In this document: piece by piece, positions 23,001-33,604 of the stretch | Position numbering within the stretch: the first letter of the stretch is position 1 | Layout: each line of letters begins with the position of its first letter | Source: Stylophora pistillata | Lineage: Eukaryota | Direction of reading: 5' to 3' | Length of the DNA: 64,000 nt | Assembly (NCBI RefSeq): GCF_002571385.2 | Contig: NW_019217860.1 | Span: 700,856-764,855, forward strand | Program-made: the position numbers and the translations under genes | Notes under the pieces: model-generated | Database searches by the model: none | What the model saw: only the letters and a program-made list of their open reading frames with translations | Told to the model about the DNA's origin: nothing

Positions 23001-25664
23001 AACATGGCGGAGTACTACTGATGAGGATCGTAATTGATCGAAATCGATTTGGAATTCCGCTACATTTTTACAAGTGACTTTTTATATACCATTTTACACG
23101 TTTTTACAATTCTTGTATTCGTTTTATAGTAGTTTTTAGTGCGTCGAACGTGACTACGAGACGTTATGTCTAGCAAACTGACTCAAACACTTTTAAGTTT
23201 AGTTTTTTAATTGTATTGTTGATATGTGGATTCACTTTCATTTTCGATGATATCAGTGTCTAGTATCTCAAGTTTTAAGCATGCTGTGAGGAACTTCTTA
23301 ATGAATCCCACCTACACTGGTAAAATTACTGAAAACTCATTGTCACACATTTTAGAATTTTTGTATCAGATTTTAATTAATTATTAATATTAATTATATA
23401 ATTAAATCATATTTCCCAACTATATATTTAGTTAGGTGGTCTGTCTGAAGATGGGATCTTGGACTCTTTTACAGACCATCCTTATGGCATTTCCTTTGTT
23501 ATAAGTAATTATTTTATAATCTTAATTACCAATAAATTGTAATAAATAAATAAATAAAAACAAATTCAGTACTGATAGAAATATATGTAGAGCAATATGA
23601 AAAATATGCATTACTAATCTTAGAGGGTAAAGCAGTAAGGTCCTAATAAAGCTTTCATACTCACTGGATGGGCTACAATACACTGACTGCGATGCTTCAA
23701 AGCTTCCGTGAACTTCGACGGCACTATACAGGATGTGGAACTAGCTAATATCACATCATCAGAAGTAATACTTCTATCCAAGTTTTCAAAAACTTTTTTC
23801 TTGAGGTCAAGATTTTCTGGAGTACATTCCTAATCCAAAATAAAATACCAACACAACTTAAATAAAAATGCTATTGATGAATATACATCTAAAGTATACA
23901 TTTTTCAATCAAAGAGGTTTTATTCATCAATAATCATTTAATGATATTCCATTGAATTATACCTGGACATACATGGCTCCATCCAATGCCTTTACAAGGT
24001 CGTCATAGCTGGTAACTAACTTAAACGCCTCCTCAGCGGCCATGCCTGGACAACGCATTAACCCTTTTATCTCCATATCATGCAGCTGGGACTCAATACT
24101 TGTCAATGCATTAGTCAGTTGACTGGCTACCGTGTCATACAATGCAAAATTGAAACCAGCACTGGAGAAAATCTGTCAAAAAGGCAGGATTTAGTGAGAT
24201 TTTGTCTGAGGTACCAAGTGACTCAAAGTTATCTAATTTTTTAACAATCACTAAAATTGTCAAAAAGTGCTAACTGTGCCATTACTACTTACCACAGACC
24301 AAGATCTTCCTATCAAACCACTCATGAAAGAAAAAAGACAAATGAGAAATGTAGAAGCACATCAAGTTCTAACCTTTCCTACTGCTACATCCATAACCTT
24401 TGGACATTGTTATGTTTGACCATACAATTTCATTTTAAAAAAATTAAGCTTTACACTTTATCATCATTAGTTAAATTTGGAAGGGCACGTAGGGATCTAT
24501 TATCATTTTTAACATATAATGAACAAAGTATGATTTGTCTGATTGGTGCTTTATCAGGTTATAGCGCCTGCATGTAACTAGTTACATCAAAAAAGCAATA
24601 GAATGCATTTTTCCAGCATTTATTTGAGCAATAGAACAAATTTTTCCAAGCACTATGATGGGATAAAGCCATGCAGGACGTTGGAAGAATACCAGGAAAG
24701 CTTATAAACCACATGCCTTTGGCTCACAATTTACAAGCTTCCTCGTGTTCTCCCAAACAGGTTCTATAAGGAGATTTGTCACCTTATAGAACCTGGAAAA
24801 AGGTGTTTTCTTGCCTAAATCTACCCTGCAAGCAGAGCGCTAGCCTTTTCTTCTTCTTTTTAACCCTCCAAGGGAAAAGGCTCTGCCTACATCCTGTTGT
24901 TGCTTTGAAATGCTGAAAGCCTAAAACTCTGGGCTTCTCAAGCTGGTTTTGCCTCCAGTCAAACCGGTTTTGGTGCACACACCTTTGTTTTTCATATAAA
25001 CAGATGACCAAATCTGTGCACACAAATGGAACCGGAACCGGATATAGTTCAAGGGGGCATGGAAAAGGATCAGTTTCTAGGCAACTGCTGCGCATGTTCA
25101 AACGAGCAACAACAGGGTGTCGGCAGAGCCTTTTTCCCTTTTCGATTCGAGGAAAGGCTCTGCTCACAGGGTAGCCTAAATCAGGTCTTTTACAAAATTA
25201 TACTGCACCTAGAGGTAACATTTTCACACCCACATTTGACTAATTTCACAACACACACAGGTGATCATGATAGATAACCTTCTTTGACAGAAGGTGTCAT
25301 GATGTTGACAACAAGCTCCATAGGACCTTACAGAGCCACTTTCCAGTGTGCTATTACTTACTAGAGTCACACACAAATTGACCAATCACTTTACAGGAAA
25401 TGGACCATGATTCCAAATAAATTTTGGATAGTGACAATCAGTGTTCATGGTGAAAGAGAGCTAAAAGTGACAAACAATTTTTTGTCTAGATTCCAGGTTA
25501 ACTTTTGAAACCAGAATGGTTAAATTTTGTGTTTACTTGCTGAGCCAGGAAAGAGTGATCATACAGAAAATGGCCGTGCATTTTGCTTTCAAAATGATTG
25601 GCACAGTTTATAAAACCCACCTGCCAATGATGGCGACTTTTCCTTTGCTGTTTGAAGTGGCCAT
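20024..25664 (-). CDS. CRYL1: Lambda-crystallin homolog / L-gulonate 3-dehydrogenase, 324 aa; exons 25664-25621, 24320-24293, 24172-23963, 23829-23665, 22239-22045, 21423-21318, 20250-20024
   Basis: Spliced translation reads [22 protein letters not shown]...YVQECTPENL...LASSTS...[14 protein letters not shown]...GFVLNRLQ...[10 protein letters not shown]. All introns are GT-AG with consistent phases. Confidence 0.95.
20750..21100 (+). mobile_element. RTE-clade LINE 3' fragment in a CRYL1 intron
   Basis: [13 protein letters not shown]...WIAHTLRK...[19 protein letters not shown] is a typical RTE C-terminus. It has a GAA-rich tail and is flanked by TACG/GT-rich simple repeats. Confidence 0.85.
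22920..22977 (-). ncRNA. Mirror copy of the hammerhead ribozyme (sense with respect to CRYL1 pre-mRNA)
   Basis: Reverse complement of 23005-23062 within the palindrome. Confidence 0.8.
23005..23062 (+). ncRNA. Minimal type I hammerhead ribozyme
   Basis: Stem I tggcggagtacta/tggaattccgcta, core CTGATGA-G, stem II gatc-gtaatt-gatc, then GAAA, palindromic stem III tcga, and the U-H site at 23048-23049. Confidence 0.8.
24823..25173. mobile_element. MITE-like element
   Basis: Termini accctgcaagcagagc...gctctgctcacagggt. A related terminus lies near 39617. Confidence 0.6.
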
Positions 25665-27114
25665 TTCTAACACAAAGAGGTTGACTTATTCTTTTCTGAC
25701 ATTAACTTTATCAGTAGCTGCCTTAATTAATAAAAATGCTTCAGTTTTCTCTATCAAACAAAACCAATCAACTATTATTAAGTCATAATTTAGTAAACAT
25801 GATACAAAGGGTAACTGGTGAAGATCAGCATCTCGTCATTGTAGCCAAAAGTATCTTGACATAAAATATTTAGCTTCAACACGTTCTCAATCTACACAAT
25901 ATATTTGTTGTTTCTTGTATTCCAGTTGGTCAGTGGTAATTAACACAAATACTATAAATGCTCATGCAATTAGTCAAATAAACACTCAGAGATCTCTAGG
26001 ATTCCGTCAACGTTACCATTATTTCAAATTCCAAAGGATTTCTCAAATTCTTTTAAAATTATGTCAAAATGTTGCGTCTTAAATTACTCAGGTCCGTGAT
26101 CAATACATTTGTCCTGGCCCATGTGACAAGCTTAGCAGGGTAGGGCATCAGATATCAGAGGAAGAAACGTAAGCGTCATGATTGATCGAGAGAACAATAG
26201 AAGGAAGGGAAGCTAGGTTCTGGTTAGCTGATATAACACAATTTGAATTTAAAGAGGACAGACACGAAATCTTGTTTTTTCCTTAATTTTTGCGAATCTT
26301 ATCAGTCTCGAAACCTAAACAAGATAGATTACGCGGGAATAATAAAGAAGAAAGATGAATAAAATATGGCAATCTGAAAATATATGTCCAGAGTGGTCCC
26401 TCTTTCCTTTTTTTGATCGAATATATATAACTTTCTTTCAAATTGTGTCTTGGCATTTGGGTGTCGAGAATAAAATTATGAGAGGAGTAAATTACCATAA
26501 CGTGATCTGATCAGTTGGGTGTGCCTTGGCAGGCAAGATATTCGGTAAACCACACAAAAAAATTAGCATTGCGTTAAAATTCTGAGACTGAAAAATTGTT
26601 CAAAATGTTCCTTGCGTGACACAAAAGAGAGATGTTATTTTTCGAATCTGACTTACGGTAGTTCATCATAATGTATTTGACCAAAGAAAAATCCCTAAAT
26701 TATAAAGCTATTCAATGTTAACGAACCTGCCCAGTGTTTGTCGAATTGGGACACGCCGTTCAGGAAGAGAAAAAATTTCCCGTTAGCCTAAGAAAGGAAA
26801 GTGACTCGATTACAACATTTCCAGTTTTGGAGTGCGCCCGCGCGCCATCTCGGGAAAAGGACAAAATCCACTAGGGTGGTGTACGTTGGTACGAAATCTG
26901 AGGACGTTTATTCAACCCTGCGAGAAAATTTCTAGATAAAGTGTACTCAAATTTTAATCCAATACCTTTTTTAGTATCTAAGTTAACTTTAATACAGAGA
27001 AATGCTTCGAAAAGTAGCTAATACGTTTAGTTTAAAATGTTACGTTCATATGTACCCTCATATGTACCCTACAATGGTTTGCAAGCCGATTGGCTCGTAC
27101 TAAGAGGCTGGGTC

Positions 27115-27139
27115 GGGGATTCCCCACGGGAAAAGTCCC
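27115..27139 (+). promoter_or_regulatory. Tandem NF-kB-type sites upstream of the A20-like gene
   Basis: GGGGATTCCCC (27115-27125) and GGGAAAAGTCCC (27128-27139), with a reverse CCAAT box near 27089. Confidence 0.75.
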
Positions 27140-27524
27140 GGGGACGAACGTTGATAATGTTTGTCGTATGAGGTGATTTCGTTTTCCTCCGAAAGTTTTG
27201 GGACTGTTTTCCTCCCTGAAAGGTTTGTTTCTCGGCAGTCGATGATACTTGAATTTTAAAAAGGGTGTGAGGCAAGCCAAATGACTTTTTCGGCAAATTA
27301 TGTCGGTTTCTACCCCCTAACTCTGACACAATTCTACTTCCGCTTGCAATCGCATTCTTAAAACCTTCGTTACTTAATTTTCTTTCAGGATTTTGAACTT
27401 AACTTCTTGAGAGGGGATACAGAAATGAGTTTCCAGATATAAATCGTCTTCTTTATCTGGAAGAATTAAGTAAAGTTTCGACAGATTTGGTTCTGCACGT
27501 TGGTTGCGATCCTTCAAGGACACC

Positions 27525-30500
27525 ATGGCTTCGTTTCAACCGTCGAGTCATCTATTTGAACGAAACATCTCTCTAAACGATCTCGACTCCGCTTTAGACG
27601 TGCGAGAAATAGTACGAAAAGATGTCGTGGTACCCGAAGACGTTACAAAACATAGATATCTCGATGCATCTTCCAACTATACGTTTGTGCTCCCTTCGTT
27701 CCGAGACTTCTCTCTCGAATTCAGAAAATTCGTGTTCAGCTTTCTAGTGGATGGACACATAATGAGAGAGTTGGAAGCTGCCAGAAGACTTAATTGGTGC
27801 GGTTCTCTGGGTCGTATGGTGACAGTGAGTACTTTGGGCGATGGAAACTGTTTAATGCATGCAGCTTCTATTGGAATGTGGTCCGTCAACGATCGTTACC
27901 AGACTCTCAGGAAAACTGTTCATGAAGCGCTCGTGGAAGACGTGGAAGGTACAAGTAAGTTAAGATTTAAAGATGAAAGGAAAGGGTTAGAGTAGTCTGT
28001 TTTTTAATGTGCAACACCCCCCCCCCCTCAAAAAAGAGGAAAATGGTAGTAAATGATTCACAGTTTAATTTTAGTTTATCCATTTGCTCAGTGTTATTTT
28101 GGCTGGTACCTGAGATAAGTTCAGATTTGAACCAATCGTGTCCAGCTTTGACTCCCAATGGACATAAGCAATTGATTGACAGTGGGTTGCTATGGTTAAG
28201 TGATCTTTTAATTGATCTTTTTCCTTGTCTGTCTTTTTTTCACATCCTTCAAGCAAATGAGAAATGATCTGGTAAAATTAATTGTCAAATGCCTCAAAAT
28301 GTCCCACAATGCTCAACAATTACTTTTTGTCAGGCACATGTAGGCCCCTTGGTTTTATCTTATAGGTTAAATCTTGTGTCTTGTATTTATTGGTGAGAAT
28401 TTATATTTATTCGTGGTTTAAAGGTTTTTACCATGGTCGCTGGAAAGCTGAAGAAGAACGGCAAATATTGAACCAGCACGGAGGATATCAGAGAACAGAA
28501 GAACAATGGGATCACGAATGGGAGGAAGTTATAAGACATGTATCACAGAATGAATTTCCATTTGGTCCAAATGGCGCTCAGTTTGGAAGCCTTGAAGAGA
28601 TCCACATCTTTGTCCTTGCCAACATCCTGCGTCGCACCATTATAGTAATGTCTGATGACACCTTAAGAGGACCATATGGTGATTCATATTCTCCAATAAA
28701 CTTTGGCGGTGTTTACCTGCCTCTGTTGTGGGACTCTGTAGACTGTGTGAAAAGTCCTTTGGTAATTGGTTATGCAAATGGACATTTCACAGCAGTTGTT
28801 AGTATTCAAGATGGAAAGCTAGACCTGGAGGTTGAAAATCAGCCAGCTTCAAGCTCAACTAATTGCATGCATGCAGTGCCATTAGTGAAATTCGATGGAT
28901 CACCATTACCAGTTCACTTTCTTCTCGATCATGAAGTACCTCTGGCCAATGACCGTGTTCGTCAGTACTTGGACTGTGCTAAAGTACCCTTTTTAAGTGA
29001 TCAAGGAGAACCTAGGCAGACAGTTCTTGTGGCAAAGTTGCATTTTGGTGAGGAACCTCACTGCATGAAAGCTCTTATCGAGGGATACTTCCAAAGGGCC
29101 AGGGAGGAATATCAACGTATGCTGAGAACCAGTCAGGTTAATGCTCAATCTCAGCCAGGTACCAAACAACCAGCACTACAGATTGTTCAATGCCAAACTC
29201 CAGGTTGCACCTTCTATGGATCAACAGAAACTGGGAATCGGTGCTCTCAGTGTCTGAATGAGTATCTCAGGAACCTTGGACCTTTAGAACCAAGTCATCC
29301 CCGAGCAGTGAGACAGATTTTCTCACAGCAAAATTTTGTTACAACATCATCCCCAACACCACAAGCTCCTAATGCCTTTGTGACAACCATTCCAACAACC
29401 TTTCCAGCTACAACTTCTGCCAAATGCCGCACATCTGGGTGCAAGTATGCTGCAGTGTCTAACCATGGTGGCCTATGTGAGAGGTGCTTCGAAGCTGAGA
29501 GAAATGCTGAAGAAATGGCTGCAAGCATGAATCCCATGACTTTGGCAATCACAAAGCACTGTGCAAACAGAGTGAATGGCTGTGAGTTCTTTGGCCTGCC
29601 TGAACATCACAACTTATGCTCAAGATGCTATAGAACCTTTTGTCTACAGATGGAAAACACCTTGGCAACACTCCCTCAAACTGGTTTAAAACCCTGTAGT
29701 CCAGCATTGCCAGGACAGCCTAACAGTTGCCAGAGTCAGAACTGTCCATATCCTGGTGTTCCTGCATTGTATAGTATGTGTGTACAGTGCTATAATGGTT
29801 GTATTCACAGTTTTATAACCTCAAAGGGTGCATCAGTTGGGAGTGCTGTGCAACCCAGTCCACCCCAGCATGCACCACCACAAAATATCACAAGAATGAA
29901 TCCAGTTCCAACTGGTGGTAGAAGGAAAGGTGTCCTCTGTGCCTCTCCAGGCTGCTTCAGTGAAGGAATTTCTCAATTCTCAGACTTGTGTAGAGAATGC
30001 CATGCAAGAAAATCTGGTCCCTCTCCACAAGAACGAAACACTCCAGTATCTACTGCAAGAGAAGCTAGTGTCCCTTTAACCACACGGTCTCCAAGCTCCA
30101 CATCTGCGGCAGCAGTGGCAGCTGCCTCAAATCATCACCTAACATCAGCGCCAACAAGATCAGGCAGCACAGCAGGGACAGCATCGAGGGTATCAGGACA
30201 TCCTCTTCCAGCTTTTACAAGTAGCCGCACCAATACTAATGCTAACCCTGGGACCTCGTCATCTGTCGGGGCACAGCGTCCTTATCAAGTCACTTTACCA
30301 CAAGCACCATCCACTGAATCAAGAACTGATAAGTGTGCCTTGTGTGGAAAAGAAGCAGAGCTGGATGGGGTATTGTGTAAAGATTGCTTTGCTGCAGGTT
30401 TTCAGGCAGAACTGCGGAACATGGAGAAGAGGCAAGCTTCAGTATCCCAGACATCATCCAAACAACAAGGCACCTTTGCGGCTGTTTCTTCAAACAACCA

Positions 30501-31876
30501 GGTAGGCAGTTATTTAAAAATTGAACTAAGAACTCCCTATCTTTAAGGGCAGTTTACTTCATAAACTCCAAACAGTCTTATTTGCACCTTTTGTTGCCCT
30601 CATTTGCTTTGCTGAAGCACATAAAATGGTGTTGTGAAATATCTCAATGAAGACAGTTACCGGTAAGCAACAAAATTATGTTAGTTTGGCTGGAATGCAC
30701 AGCAATATACAGCTAGAAGGAAGACAGCCATCATCCACAGACTTAAGTTTTGTTTAAAAAAATGCTATAATACATAAATACGCCTTGAAGGATCATTATT
30801 TGCTGTTAATATATGTAACCCTTGAGCATTTTCTTTTTTGAAGGGAGCACAAAGCACTTCTCAAGGAATGAACCAAACAGAGATAGCAACAGCAACAGCA
30901 ACAGCCAAGAAGATGGCTGTGAAGGTAACTGAGCTTCCATGTACAACCACAGGCTGTCTGAGATTTGGAACCCCAGAGAAGAATGGGTTATGTGAGCAGT
31001 GCTATCTTGTTGAGAGAAGGATACGGCGTGGCTCATCTACTGAAGCACATCAAAATCAGGCTCCAGGATTAAGAGAAAACCCACGCAGTTCTCCAACGCC
31101 CACACAAAATCGCCAGTTTGGTTATGACCTTCCAGAACCTGTACAAGTGTCCCAGCCACAAAACTCTCTGTATGCACCTCGTGCAAGACAAACTCAGTCA
31201 AATTCGGGCAGTGACGACATCAGTGGTCAAAAATGCCGTGGCACAAACTGCACCTTATTTGGAACGCCAGAGACAAATGGATTTTGTTCTCGGTGCTTTT
31301 TGGAGAGCACTCTTCCTCTTCCATACCCTCATTCAGTTCCAGGTAACATTTGGATTAAAATTTTTGAAAGTGAGGCTAAATTTGTTAGCTACGTTAATAT
31401 TAATAGTATTGTTGTGTGTTGCTATTCCTCTTAATTTCATGAATGTGCTCTTCTGTTTTGATATCTTACAGTGTATGCAATTGTTTTGTGCTGTAACAAT
31501 AGGTTACTTCTAACCAACAACCTCTAACCATGTCAAAAAAAAAAAAAAAGACAAATGATGGGTGCACAAATTACACACTATACAAAAATCCAGCAATTGT
31601 AGCCAACAGATATGCAATCCCCTTAAGAAGTGGGTTATTGAAAGTAGAGTTTTGTATTCCTTTTTCCATCTTAAAATTAACCTTAAAATTAAATTGGATC
31701 TCTCAATAGACTTCTCTACTGCATCTCATCCAGCAGCAGTAGTGCAAAGATGCACTGTAACTGGATGTGACCGCACTGCTGCACCAGAGAGACATGGTCA
31801 CTGCCAAGACTGCTTTGGAATGTTCCACCCTGATGTTCTCTCTCGTGAATCCTTTCTCAACGATTCTCATAGATGA
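27525..31876 (+). CDS. TNFAIP3: A20/TNFAIP3-like OTU deubiquitinase with multiple A20-type zinc fingers; exons 27525-27948, 28424-30501, 30844-31342, 31710-31876
   Basis: OTU motifs GDGNCLMHAAS, SLEEIHIFVLANILRR, GGVYLPL and GHFTAVV, followed by nine Cys4 fingers (e.g. CRGTNCTLFGTPETNGFCSRC). Splice phases are consistent. Confidence 0.9.
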
Positions 31877-33604
31877 CTGCAAATATGTTTAAACAGGCTG
31901 TAATAGGGAACAGTCAGTTTATAATAAAAGTACCTAACACTGATATGATTGTAAGTGCATCTTAATTCAGCATTATCACGCTTTTCTGCTGAATGCTGGG
32001 TATAAATTAAGGACTGTTCAAAGTTTCAACCATGTTGGACCAATATGAAAACAATATTAATTCATTAAAAAGTCTACAAGGATCAAACCTTGGTCAATGA
32101 AACCTGGTAGATTGGTCTGTTCGTAGGCTTGTTTCCTCTTTAATCAATGTCCGGAGCATGTGCAAAAGAACAGTTGCCAGGAATTGATAAAGGACAAAAT
32201 TAACATTAGGGAGTGAAGGACAGTAGACATTCCTGAGGAACATTGTATTTGTAAAAAGAATCAGTTACAGTTTTTGTTACTTGACACATCAGCAGTAACT
32301 GAGAGAACTTATAAGTTCTTACTAGCCCTTATTCTCAGCTCAGAAGGGTACAACTCCTAATTAAGAGAAATTAGATTTACAGTATGTTACAAGTGTTAAT
32401 ATGGTTAGTTGTGTAGATGGCTTATTTTGAAAGTATTAATTTCATTTATTCTTAGGGTAACCTTGAGCATTGATTAGTCAAAATTAATATTATATCTTTT
32501 CGCCTAATTAGCAAGTTTTTTCAGGGACATTGTTGTTTGGGAAGTTGGTTTAAAAAGCTTGTTTTAAACTAACCAAAAAAAACAATTAAAAGTTCCATTT
32601 GAGTGTAATGGGAAACAGACTGGTGAAAGAAAAAAAAGGACTTCTGACACATGCATTGACATCCAGCTATTGCAGTATAGGCTCTGGGCATGTAAATAGT
32701 AATGATGTGTGCATTTAATTAATTCAATTTTTTTTAAGCACTACAGTAAGAGAAAAATGTTCAAGTTTAAAATACAAGTAGTGGTGTTAACAAATGCAAT
32801 AATAAACTTGATTGCTTGAGATGTCTGTACCATCAATTATTCAATTACGATAAAAATAATTATATTCTGTTGTTGGATAATAAAGTATTTTGTGCACAAG
32901 TCTTCACTGCTATGACATTCTCTTCCACTAGATGTGGTAACCATTCCACTTCAAAGAACTTAGCCTACTGGGAACAGAGACTTAAAAAAAAGTGAAATTC
33001 AGGCATTCGTGATACCTTTGATAAGAGACAATTTTGGTCTAGTTTCAAAGCAATTTGACAAATTATTCTAATTGCATTCAGTCAAGGCAATTTAATTGTA
33101 CATGTAGGAATGACATACAGACATGTAACACACTGCAGCACTAGTCATAGTCAATGCTGAGTACATCAGCCCTTTAGCTCCCAAGATCTGCTTGTTAATT
33201 CCCCCCTCTACCTACGTCACACACTTGCTTGTAAATTAATAGTGAGAATTTGGTGTTAAAAAGCTTCCACCTGATAAATTTGAATACTCCCATTACCTGT
33301 TTGCTGGATAATGTATGGAAATTATAAGGAGAAGTTTCATGTTAATCAATTATAGGAGTTAATGAACACAGTAATGATGAGGTTGATAGTTGTGTCCTTA
33401 CAATGAATAATCAAAACATACATAAAAGATATGAAATGCATGTACATGACATGCCTTCCTAAAATATCCACATTCCAACTCCCAACTGAAAAATTAACAC
33501 CAAGTGCAAATAAACCTCCCCCCCCCCCTTAGAACAAAGCATAACACAAGTAACATTTTCAACAAAGGCTTTATTACATGTTGGACATTTTACAGTCGAA
33601 TTTA

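Larger units (their letters stand above)
22796..23186. repeat. Perfect palindrome with 195-bp arms and a 1-nt spacer (22991); probable Penelope-like element terminus
   Basis: The two arms are reverse complements. The 13-bp direct repeat caaacacttttaa occurs at 22738-22750 and 23184-23196. Confidence 0.92.
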
